From Chromera velia (taxonomy: Eukaryota), in assembly GCA_018398765.1 (NCBI GenBank), contig JAHBMJ010000414.1, positions 1 to 48,371 on the forward strand: a stretch of 48,371 bases of DNA, read 5' to 3'. Positions 13,739 through 24,575 of the stretch are shown in pieces. Each line of letters opens with the position of its first letter. The first letter of the stretch is position 1. A program made the position numbers and the translations under genes. The notes beneath the pieces are model-generated. The model had not been told where the DNA came from. It saw nothing but the letters and a program-made list of their open reading frames with translations, and did no database searches.

Positions 13739-16700
13739 ACCTTGTTCAGGCGCTGACAAAGGAAGGGAGGGAAGGGTCGTTGCTGCCTGCTGCTTTGACT
13801 TTCCTGAAACTCTGGTCGGTTTGCCACTTTTATTTTTTCTTCTTGGGTTTCTTCGCTGTGGTTTGCAACGTTCTCTCTGCCTTTCAGAAAGGCGGTTTTT
13901 TTTCAGTGTGTCTCTTCCTCTGAGCTGTTCCTCTCTTTGTGGACAGAAGGCCCTGCAGAGGAAATCGTTCGTGCATGAGTCGTGGAATGCTCCCACACGA
14001 ATGCAACGGCCGATAAGGACTTGCATTTCTGTGAGGTCAGCTCCCACTTCTCTGCGCTTCGGGTGTTCCTTTACGTGTACTGCGAAACGAATGGAGCCCC
14101 TTGTGACTTTCCAGGGGGCTCGCAGGGCTGGGCTGAATCTTTGAATAATTAAATGAAATGAGTGTGAACGTTTGGCACGACTGAACAAGTGCTTGCAGGC
14201 AGCAGTGAGCGCGTTTGAATTTGGAGACCAGGAGAAGGAGACGGAAGAAGAAGACGGGGAGGGAGAAGCAGAAGCGCGTGTGTGGAGCGAGTACTGGATG
14301 AGGGCGTTGGAGTCCGGCAAGGGAGTCGTGGTGGGTGGTCCTGGGATGCTTTCGGTCTTTCAGGTTCGTTCGTTACTGACATTTCTCGTTCAGATACACA
14401 ATTTTTTCCTTTTTTCTGGATGGTCTTTCTCTCTCTCCGTACAGGGACGCTGGGTAAAGATTCTGTGTTGAGGGCATCTCAGAGGCGATAGCGTTTTTTT
14501 TTTTAAGCACAGCTTTGCATCGGACGGTTGCATACCTCTGTCTTCAGGAAGTCCGGTGCGAGCTTCCTCTGTTTCTGGCTGGACAGGGCGGCACGTCCCC
14601 CCTGTACGACTTGGTACCGCTCTGGGAGGGCCACCGGGAGGCGCCGCAGGACGTGCGGCCGGCCTGGTTCTCCGCCTGTGCGTGTGCGTCCTTCTCTGTT
14701 CCCGTGCCTGTGCCAGGGCACTCGAAGCCTAGCGGGGGGGGTCCCGCTGGGCTCCTCTGGGGTTCCTGTGTGGTGGATGAGGTGGTGGTCGCAGACGGAA
14801 GGTCGGGCGGGGCCTGAAGGGATCAGTTCTTCACTCAAGGCATGTGGAAGGAAGGAAGGAAGGAAAGAAAAGTGAACATTGTGCAGACCCATGCAGGCTC
14901 GACACCGGAGGACAGAGAGAGGGAGGACAGACGGACAGGCATTTGAGGGATGGATCCTTCTGTTCATTTCTCTTCTCTTCCATTTTGTTTCTCTGAATTA
15001 TTTTGTTGACTCGCATTTGCCCTTTTCTGTCCCCCGTCGCTGTTTATCTCGTCTTTCCGTCTTTCGTTCTCCGAATCTGTTCTTCTACTTTCCTCCTTTC
15101 TTCAATCCGTCTGCTGGCTTCGACGCGACACGCGATCGAGGTCCCTCGTGTGTTGTGTGTATAGCATCCTGCCCGCCCCCTGCAGGTCCTTGACTTGTAT
15201 TTTCCCTCCTTTTCTTAATTCCTTCCTGTGCAGAAAAATGAAATGACTGCATGAAGTTCGAAGTTATGTTTCTTCTTACGTGCTCCTGGCATGCAGTCGA
15301 TCGAATTAAAGGAAGGAAGGAAGGAAGGATCACTACTCACTTGATTGAAATAACATCTCTTTCTTCTGCAGAGGCCAAGTGAGCGTCCTCCACTTTTCTG
15401 TGGAAGCTGATGTCGAGAAGGACTGCGGCGCCGCCAAAGGAGGGCCCTCCTCGGGAGTCGACTTTTTCTTCAAGAAGGAATCCCCCGAGTCTGAGTTCTT
15501 GATGGGAATGGGCTCGAGGTTGTTCGATCATCAGAGAGGAGGAAAGGAGGGAAGGAGACGGCAACGCATCCAGAGATCCCGTGTCCAGATGATGGAGGGG
15601 GCGTCGGCAGCCATCAACTTTCTTCTTCAAGGTCTGTCTTTCGGTCTTGTGGGAAGGAGAGACAGAGAACGAACGAAGGACGCAGAGAAGAGGAAAGAAG
15701 GGGCATAGAGAGAGAAAGGGAGATCGTCGTGATTTCTCCTGACCACAAAAGTTCTTCCACCTCCCTTTTTGTCTGTTTCCCTTTCTGCCCTGACTCTTCG
15801 TTTCGTTCTCTTCTTTTTGTTTCTTCTGTGCTCCTTTTCTCCCCGTTTGTACATTTTTCACCCCCCCGTTTGTTCTCTTCTGCACAATCCTGTCTGTTGA
15901 GCAGAGAAACCCGTGACGGCACTTCTGGTGTCCAACCCCACTTCCGCCTCTAGTCTTGGACCACGAGCGCCCCTCGCAGCCCTGCCTGTCGATGAACCAC
16001 TCTCGGGGGGGAAGCAGCAGGGCACGCACCATCATAGTTTGAGAATCCTATCGAGACAGAACTGTATGCTGAAGGTGGACGTGAAAGGAGGATGTGCCGC
16101 GTCAGGAGGAGGAAACCGGGGAGGCAGCTCCCACTCCCTCAGTCTGAAGCAATTCGCTCCTCACTTTGCGTGGACTCTCAAAGGGGGGGGCGGAAAGGGG
16201 AAGTGTGCGAATGGAACCGGTCGCTCCATCTCTCTGGCGGCCTGCGTGGAGAACGTGCCGGGAGGGTTTGAGACGACTGCGGCTGCCATTGTGCCGCCAT
16301 CGCAACAACATGATGGGAAGGGGAAGGGGGGGGAGGATGTAGTGGCAGTTTGGGTCAGTCTCGCAGTGTTTCTTACAGATTTTGTTGGAATGAGTTTATG
16401 AGGTTTTGTGTGTGTCCTTGTGAGAGCATTCCTGATTTGTCTTTTCACGTCTTTGTCTTTTCGGGTTCTTTGCGTGAACCTTTTTCGTTGTTTCACAAAG
16501 ATACTCGAGACAGAGAGACCTTCAGGCTTTTCCAGACTGTGCGTGTGTCAAAGGTCACTGAACGTTTCCCTGTGGTTGATAGAAAGCCCTTCTTTTTTTC
16601 CCTTCTGATTACGAGGGTAAATGTGCATTGCACTGTTCAGATATACCCATTGTTTCTTGTTTGTCGCTCGTTGCCCCCCCCTTTTTTTCTGCAGTCGGAC

Positions 16701-16993
16701 AGGGCGAGGGCCCTCGTCCTCTACAGCGAAAGGGAAGGCGCCGCTGGTGTGGAGGAGGGGGGGCGCGTTGTGGCTGCGGTGCAACTTCTGTGTGAGTGAG
16801 GAGTGGGTTTGTCTCTTTTTACTCCTCTGCTTTCGGTACGGTCGCATGGGTGTCTGGTTGTCACGGCACTGCACCCCTCGTCTCGAATTGTTGTTTTGGT
16901 ATTTCGTCTAGAGTACTGCAGAGGATAGCAGAAGGACGTGAAGCGTTGGTGTCGACGGAAGACGAACGCCAAGTCCCAAGCACCCTCTTCTGA
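5518..16993 (+). CDS. Myosin heavy chain, myosin VI-like, about 20 exons: N-terminal SH3-like domain, motor, lever/SAH region, long probable beta-propeller tail
   Basis: Motifs [16 protein letters not shown]-loop GESGAGKT, switch I NSSRFGK, switch [64 protein letters not shown]. Phase-compatible exons: 5518-5701, 6004-6176, 6553-7387, 7712-8139, 8441-8649, 8908-9019, 9318-9659, 9960-10237, 10540-10767, 11029-11847, 12161-12347, 12659-~13125. Later tail exons and the stop at 16993 are tentative. Confidence 0.93.
13415..13737. repeat. (CT)n(GT)n/(GTGC)n microsatellite in a myosin intron, containing an assembly gap (N 13603-13696)
   Basis: Direct reading of dinucleotide tracts and N run. Confidence 0.97.
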
Positions 16994-17473
16994 CTGCATG
17001 TCAAATTCGAAATCGTTCATTGAAATGCTTCATGAATGTATTAGTCTAGGTATTAGTTCCTGTGACAACATCATGTCAATCAATCATGACTGGAATCATG
17101 ATATGCATGTCAACTTATGTCAAATAACACACCAGCTCAACATTATTTTCAAATATTTTCAAAGTGCAGTGTTTTCTGTATTTACCTCTGTATATATTAC
17201 TAATGTTTTTGTTTTGTTTATGTTTTGTTTTTAATGAATACCCTGACTGACATCTATGAACCGGTAAAATAAAAAAATAGTAACTATTTTCACTATTCCT
17301 ACGTTTCGATAGTAAATAGTGAAATAGTGGATTATTTACTATTTGATACTATAGAAATAGTTCACTATTTTGACTATGTTTAAAAATGAATTGGAACAGA
17401 AAATCTTGCTTAGTATAAAATAGAACACTATTTTACTTTTTCCACTATTTTTGTATTCATTTTACACTTTCAC

Positions 17474-18326
17474 TACACTGGAACTATAGTGTATCACAAT
17501 GAAAATTTCTAAAACCTTTTGTGTCACAATGATTTATGACATAATAATTATGATTTTTAAAACTTTTGACTGATTCAATTAAATCACACTTATATGTGAA
17601 AAAAAGAGTCGTAGATCGCATGTTTACGATGTTTTGTGCGGCTTGACATGCGTTGGAAGGCAGCGTCATAGCCGCTGCAGACTCCGCACATACAGTGTCA
17701 TACATGCATGAAATGCCAAGAACAAATCTTGTATGACCCCGTGAGAAGAACAGCTGCAACCTTAGCGAAGCCGAAACTGTTAAGCCATGTCCCACCTCAT
17801 TGCACATGTAGACTACCAGCATCTCTCTTAGCATCTCCCCTGGCATCTCTCTTAGGATTGTAACACTTCCGAGCAGCAGTTTGTACCTGAACTACTACGT
17901 GCCCCTTCTTTGCTCTTCAGAGCCTCTTCCCCAATACGGGTGCTACTAGGGGCGCTAGTATGGGGGGCCGTTCATTTTGCTTTGTTCTTTCTTACCATCT
18001 CGGTTTTTTCTAGCCTTGTTGCTTCCTATTTACTGCGAGTAAGCTAGCAAATGAGATGAGCGAGTAAATGAGTGAGGTGAGTGAATGAGTGACTGAGTGA
18101 ATAGTGAACAACAGTCTGAACATGATCGAAGTTCAACGACTCTGAAGACTTTAATTAACTTTAAAAGTCTAGGATCACTTCAATTTTTGTCTGACAATTT
18201 CATCATACCTAAGTTACTCTAACTATTTCATCACATATGTTGTAACACAATTATTTGTGTTATTGGTACTGGTGTATAAGGTATTGTATCATAATTTGAA
18301 TTGTGTCATACTATAGTTTCAGTGTA
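17474..18326. mobile_element. Non-autonomous DNA transposon (853 bp) with TIRs and 8-bp target-site duplication
   Basis: Left end TACACTGGAACTATAGT, right end ACTATAGTTTCAGTGTA (16/17 inverted match). ACTTTCAC lies directly outside both ends (17466-17473, 18327-18334). Subterminal GT(A/G)TCA(C/T)AAT-like repeats occur near both ends. Confidence 0.8.
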
Positions 18327-19067
18327 ACTTTCACTCAGTCCGAGTCACTATGCAGTTGTTGTATCTTACTCCCTTCTGAGCAGCCTATAGACCAAAGCAT
18401 GCAAAGCGCAGACAGATTGTTGTTTGTTAGCGGCCTGGGAAACCAAGCGGGCCACGGGGTGTGGTCTGAGCCTCAGCGATGAGGTACACCCCCCTGCCGT
18501 TTGGCCGGGCGTTTGCGGGGGCGACTTCTATAAGATAAAACGGCGACAGTGCTCCAGGGCACCATTAATCACTTACACTCACTTACTTAGTTATTTTTGG
18601 CAGTGTGATTATTCTTTTTCTGGCGGTTTCGATCAATAGATTGCATTGTTCCGTTGTAGTTTAGACTCTTAGAAATGTACAAAGAAAGATAAAAAAAGTC
18701 ACTATAACAGTTTCAGTTAAAAAGTAAAGAACGGATGACATCATGCAATAAAATAAATTGATAAAACCAGTTGGTAGAAATAAAACATAAAGAGGAAAAA
18801 TTGAAAATAAAGAAAGTAAATTTATTTAGAAAGATTTTAGGAATAGTTATTTTTAGAAATAAAGAAGAAATAAGATTAGAAAAAGAAATGAATTAAATAC
18901 ATTGATTTATAATAATATATTAAAATGAATAAATACAAAAATTGCAGGAATGGGGTTCATACGATCGAATTCAAGCTTAAGTGGGGTACGTGAGACACAG
19001 AAAGTGTCACAACAACTACAGCTGCATGGAGACTAGTTTAAAAGATGATTAAGGCCGCTAGATCAGG

Positions 19068-19157
19068 CGTCTGGAAAATTGGACGCGTCCAGAAAATTGG
19101 ATGTATCCGAAAAACTAGACGCGTCAGGAAAATCAGACGTGTCCAGAAAATCGGACA
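19068..19157. repeat. Five tandem 18-bp quasi-palindromic units, consensus about CGTCC(A/G)GAAAAT(C/T)GGACG
   Basis: Units start at 19068, 19086, 19104, 19122 and 19140 with exact 18-bp period. Confidence 0.85.
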
Positions 19158-19759
19158 GACATATCTAACAGAAAAATCCGAAAAATCAGTTTGAAACGAA
19201 AAAGCAAAATTGAAGTACGATTTGGGAATTGAGATTTCAAGTTCGTTGAAGGATTCGGCTTGGAACTTCGAAGGATTTGCTCTCTAAACTTTTAGATTCG
19301 ATTTTTCTCTGAACTTCAACTTCTGACTTGAAAGAATTTGAACCCGGTCTAAAATCGAACTCAGTCTTGAACCTTCTTGCACAAACAACTTCAATCAATT
19401 GGCTCTCTGTCAGTGTTCATTCTAGGCTCTTTGGCGCCCGTTCTCGTCTAGCCTTACCTGCCTGCCTGGCTCAGACACGAAGTCCGACCAGCGCAGTACC
19501 GCATTGCATAATATGAACAGACTCTTGTCATTCTTTTTCCGTAGTCAACTATACGTATGGTTCTAAAGCTCACTAGAACCTAGCGTCTAGAAGAATTGTC
19601 TTCCCGCTACTTCCCCCTTAGCTGTCTTGTACCTAGTGACGGTCCTAGTCTTGTACAGACCGTCACAGTCTTGGGAAGACGGTACCTTAATTGATGTTTT
19701 GGCTAGTCTGAAATTATATCGGCTTTAAAGGTGTACAGGGGATGTAGGTATGGCATTTT

Positions 19760-20473
19760 TTGTCTGTCTTTGTCTGTGACACTTCAGTCTGTCAGTCTGT
19801 CTGTATGTCTGCCTCTCTGTTTGCCTGCCTTTTTGTTTCCATCTCTGTCTGTCTTGTCTGTCTCTTTCTTCTTTGATTTCTTGGCTGACTGTCTAGATAT
19901 ATCTGCATGCCCTGCTCTACCCTGCTCTTTCCTCGTTCTTTTTATTCCTTTCTTTGCTGTCCTTTCCTTCTTTCTTGCTTGCTTTCTTTCTTCACTTTTT
20001 CGTGCCTTTTTTCTTTTTTCTTTTCTTTTCTTTTCTGTTCTTCGCTTCTTTTCTCTTTTCTTCCGTCCTTTTTCCTCCTTCTTTCCTTTCCTTTCCTTTC
20101 TTTTTTCTTGCTTTCTTTCTTTCCTTCCTTCCTTCTTTCTTTCTTTCTTTTCTTGCTTGCTTGCTTGCTTGCTCGCTCGCTCGCTCGCTTGCCTGCTTGC
20201 TTTCTTCACCTTTTCATGCCCCTCCCGCCTTCTTTCTTTTCTTCTCTTTTCTTTTCTTTCCTTTACTATTCCCGCCTCCTTCAGAAGTCTCTTTCTTCCT
20301 TCCTGACTCCATTCATTCCTTCCTGCGTTCTTTGTACTATTTCATCCTTCCTCTCTTTCCCTTTTTCTCTAATTCCTTTCGATCGCTTCTCATTTTTTCC
20401 CCTCTTTCTCTTCTTCTTTCCCTTGTACACACATGCACGCATACGCACACCCGCACGCACACTCACTCACTCA

Positions 20474-20505
<32 letters not shown>
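19760..20505. repeat. Pyrimidine-rich low-complexity tract (CTGT/CTTT/CTTG) followed by (CA)n
   Basis: Direct reading; generates spurious F/L/S and K/R/E ORFs. Confidence 0.9.
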
Positions 20506-20508
<3 letters not shown>

Positions 20509-21023
20509 GGAGATTGAGCTTGAGAGGAGAGAGCAAACAGAGAGGCGAAAGAGGTGCCGACATTCCCGTACACTCAAGGCGGAAAGATAAGAGGAGGACA
20601 TACACAAAGGAAAGGCCGGTCGTGTGAAAAGTAGACAACCGTAACAAGAAACTCGAAGGCATCGCATCAAAATCCCCCCACACTCAAGAAATAATCAAAA
20701 AATAACATCTGTGATGTGCATCTGCCGCTGGCGCCTCCTCAATGACGACGCAATCAGACTCACTCAAGGAAACAAAACGATTGTACGCCTCCAGCAGAAT
20801 GCATTTCAGTCAAAGTCACAGTCTAGTCACAGGGCGCGAAAGACCGCGCTTTCTTGTCAGTTCCACCTGCAGTCTAACTTTTGATCAGGCCAAAACTCTA
20901 AATGCGAAGCAAATCCAATCCCATCAGGAGACTCCCTCAATGTCCAATAAGATACACTTGCAGCCCGTTTTCTGCAAGAAGTCTGTCGCCCATTCTACCC
21001 GCGGCCCTCTTCCCGTCTCCTCC

Positions 21024-21421
21024 TTAAGCGAAGGAATCCGAAGACCCGCTGCCACCACTCAGGTCAAAGGAGGGCCCCCCAACACCGTCACCCGCGCCTG
21101 CCGACCGCATGTCTGCACTTCGCTTGCTGATGAAGTGCTGGGTTTCGATGTAGCTGCAGAAAGAGGCAGTCGAAGAGAAAGTGAAAACCTACTGACAAAT
21201 GAGAGGAGACGGAGACAGGATGGGGAGTTCCCCTCTGACCGTTGTGAACACTGCCACATGCATGTTTGTTGTGAGTATGAAAGCTTGGCCCCAGGCGACG
21301 GCACGCATCTATTGAAGCACGTTGACGTCACTTTGCAGATAAGTTTTTGAGATTCGAGGACCGCCTGGATGTGCTGGATGGTCCTCTCCTGGTCCAGATA
21401 ACTTTGTCTCCGGTTCGACAT
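21024..21421 (-). CDS. Small Tim mitochondrial intermembrane-space chaperone (Tim8/Tim13-like), 2 exons (21421-21240, 21153-21024), 103 aa
   Basis: Twin CX3C motif CFNRC...CMWQC. Phase-2 intron GTCAGA...TGCAG restores QRYIETQHFISKR; Gly/Ser tail, TAA at 21026-21024. Confidence 0.9.
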
Positions 21422-22063
21422 TTTGTCCAGTCTTCTCTGGCAAGACGTTCTTTTCTCAAGTGCGTCCTTCCAAGGAGAAACAGAAAAGAATGAGATGAGT
21501 TCAGCTGTGCGTTCTCTTTCAACTAGCTAGCAAGCTGAAATGTCAGAAAGTATAAAGAAGTTTCGTCATGTTTCGTCCGATCTTTGAAGGGACTTTAAAT
21601 TCTGTGGCGGCAATAACGTACGCAAGATCGATGACGCACGCGCGATCAGTCTGCATCATCTCGCGCGCGGTTTTGACGTAAAAAGCATGCAGGAGCTATA
21701 TAGTGCACATGGGAGCGAAAAACAAACATCTATTCTTCGATCCTCTATGTATAAGCTTGATTGCAATTCCCACCATGCCATCACAATGTGACCATGCACA
21801 TCTCTGCAGGCATGCACGCAGATTGCTACAGAGCTGTGCAGTCCCGAGATTCATGCATACTCAGAAGAAGTGCAGGGAACGCTCAAAAGAGCCAACTGTT
21901 CACAAGTCCATGCGAAGACCATGCACGCAGTCTACCGATACACAGGTCGATAAGAATCTTCTGACCTGAGTCGCTTCCACGGTTCCCCCCAAGACAGCGC
22001 GGCATTTCAGTCAGCGTGAAGCAGACGCTGTCCTCTGAAGAAGTCGCAAAGGAGTCCCTGCGC

Positions 22064-22870
22064 ATGTCGGACAGTGCGGTGTTTTGTGGCCTTTTCTCCC
22101 TGCGGAGAGGAGTGCTGTTCACTTCCGCTGTCCAGATGCTCCACGGGCTGTTCTGGATCTTTCAAGGGTATGACCTCTCAGATGAGTACTCGTACAAGAT
22201 CTGGTTCTTCGCTGCACTCTCCGGGGGCTTCATTTTCTTCGTCTCCCTCGCTGGATTTGTATCGACGTTACAGAGAGTGGAAGAGGGAATCTACATCTAC
22301 TTCCTTTCACTGGTCGTGCAATTGGCACTGGCAGTGATCCACATTGCATTGCTGTACGAATTGATCACCAACTTCACAGACCGCACCGCGAATTTATGGA
22401 GCATTTGTCAAGAGATCTTCCTGTCTACTAAGAAAGGAAGGTTCAAAGCACGGTGGTTCTTCCGCCTTTTTCGTCTTCAATTGTGGATGTACCTCGCTGC
22501 ACTGGATGCCTTCTTTGTGGTATATAACATCACCATTACCTACAGCCTGCTTTTGGTCCTGGAGGCTGGGGGCACGGGGGATGAATACCTCTCGGCAGAG
22601 GATATGCTGGCAGGGGTTACTCTGAATCACAAACGCTCGCTGAGCATGTTCGCGACTTCCCCCTGCGGAGGAGATGCAGAAGAGAAGGAGGCCGAGGAAG
22701 CTCCCCTCCTTCTTGAAGAGGGAGCTGCTGCCTCGGCCTCGGAGGGTGTGAAGGAATCAACAGAGGCTGGACGAGGAAAACGAGGGAGTGGTGAGAAGGA
22801 AAGGGGTTCACGAATGGCAGGCAAAGAAGAAAGCAAAACCCCAAGTGACAAACAAGAGTCTCCAGGATGA
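22064..22870 (+). CDS. Single-exon membrane protein, about four TM helices and an acidic/charged C-terminal tail
   Basis: 268-codon ORF from ATG 22064 with four hydrophobic stretches, N-terminal FCGLFSLRRG and a tail containing EAEEAPLLL. Family not identified. Confidence 0.75.
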   Translation: MSDSAVFCGLFSLRRGVLFTSAVQMLHGLFWIFQGYDLSDEYSYKIWFFAALSGGFIFFVSLAGFVSTLQRVEEGIYIYFLSLVVQLALAVIHIALLYELITNFTDRTANLWSICQEIFLSTKKGRFKARWFFRLFRLQLWMYLAALDAFFVVYNITITYSLLLVLEAGGTGDEYLSAEDMLAGVTLNHKRSLSMFATSPCGGDAEEKEAEEAPLLLEEGAAASASEGVKESTEAGRGKRGSGEKERGSRMAGKEESKTPSDKQESPG

Positions 22871-23366
22871 CTGCATGGACGGCGGGTCATGAGTTTAAGG
22901 GGAAAAGGAAAGATTGATTGAACACTTTCAGGTCGAGGCACAGTAAGCGGAATCCCACGGTGTTCCACTAAGAATCACTGAGAACCTAGCTCAGAGTTCA
23001 GTCATTTGGAGGACACAAATAGGACACAAAGAGAGCATGAACGTGGCAGCAGGGACAGGCACGTCTGCCAGTGCCGCTAGTGGTGCGCCTTTACATCTGG
23101 ACCCCATCCAGAGCAAGCCTACAAGACTCTGATCTAGCGCTTTCAATATTTTAAGGACCGCTTGTGGATCGACCTGTCACCTGCCAGTGTCTAGTCAGCT
23201 GCCGAAAATCATCGATCGAAAGTTATATACGCTACAGGCTAGCCTGGCTAGGCTTACCATAGGCTGGGCTTGCACTGTGCAAACTAGTCACTCGGCAAAC
23301 TAAACCAAGCTTCCTCACCAAGTTCCTACTATCTTGGTATGACGACTTTTGAGCAAGCTTCTTGTA

Positions 23367-23632
23367 TATCGCCGGCCGGGCAAATCATAAGTTGTAATAT
23401 TTTTGATTAGATTCAACTGAGAATCAACTCTATAGATTGAACTTTCTATCATTTTTTGTTTTTTTTTTTTTTCTTTCTAATCAGACTAATTTTATTTTTT
23501 TAAAAAAAACAAAAAAACAAATTAAACAATTCAAGTTATCTTTGTTTGCTTTAAGAGCGATTCATTGCAATTGATTGAACTTAAAACTGTAAACCCCTTC
23601 CATAAATTCTATATGAGCCTGGCGCGGCGGTG
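23367..23632. mobile_element. Degenerate MITE (266 bp), TA target duplication, Tc1/mariner-type target preference
   Basis: Left TA|TATCGCCGGCCGGGCAAATCATA versus reverse complement of right end TA|CACCGCCGCGCCAGGCTCATA; very AT-rich interior; reconstructed empty site TTGTACAA is palindromic. Confidence 0.6.
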
Positions 23633-24124
23633 TACAAATTGCAGCACAATTATATTTTATGGCTCGATTTTCAATTTTAAACTTTTATTTCTTTAAATGT
23701 TGTCCTACGTCTGATCTCAATCAACATCTGATGAACAGTAACTGTATGAGCGCTTTTCGACCTAGTTTTCGACTCTGTTGGATTGACTAATTTAGGGATT
23801 TCCCTAGGGCTTTTCCAATATTTGCATAGGATCCTACATAGGATTTTGGGTGTAATCTATACGCTCTGGAAAGCGCATAGTGCTGCATTCCTATACCGCC
23901 CTAGATACCGCCTCTTGCTCGCTCCTGAATCCTGCCTGATCCCAACAAGGCCCCCCTAGCACTTCTGCATGACACGTAGCAGAATGTCGGCACATCCATT
24001 CTAGCCGCTCTTAATTTCCAAGGTGCCTTCCCATGCACAAGTCCTCCTCTTCCCTCAATTGATCAGAAGGACCCCCCCTGTTGCAATGCGTCGATCGATC
24101 ATTTGACTGATCAATCAGATCAGA

Positions 24125-24532
24125 TCAGATGAGCACTTCTCGATACTCAATTTCCAAAAACGGTGCTGTCAACTGGGCCCTCATGATCTTCGAATTACTC
24201 GGGGGGGAGTCCTTGAAGTCCCCTGCATGGAAGCCCAAGAATCAAACGATGAATCAATCGATGCACCCAACCAGTCAATGGAGAATGATGAAATGTGCTG
24301 AAGCACAGAGACTCAGAAAACACGTTAGAGGCCCTTGGTGCACATGTCCTCTCGATTGATCACTTACACACTCGCACGGAAGAATCATGGCAGCAGCAGA
24401 CGGAATCCCTCCATCCATGAGTTGAAAGATGAGAAGAGCCCATCTCACGCACTCCCCCATGGACCCCATTCTTGTTCTCTTTGTTCTCTGCCTCGCGAAA
24501 AGTGCTGATCCGACCTCTCACCAGTCAAGATG

Positions 24533-24575
<43 letters not shown>

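Noticed and set aside
13386..14320. Cys/Val- and His/Thr-rich ORFs (also near 27643-28572 and 34982-36348)
   Set aside because: Dinucleotide microsatellite translations.
18481..18990. Possible MITE bounded by GTACACCCC and GGGGTAC
   Set aside because: Inverted match too short and no target duplication.
24161..24460. Similar peptides WALMIFELLGG (+) and WALLIFQLMDGG (-) suggesting paralogous exons
   Set aside because: The + copy is antisense to CLN5-like exon 3 and the - copy is intronic; about 15/21 nt identity is compatible with chance.
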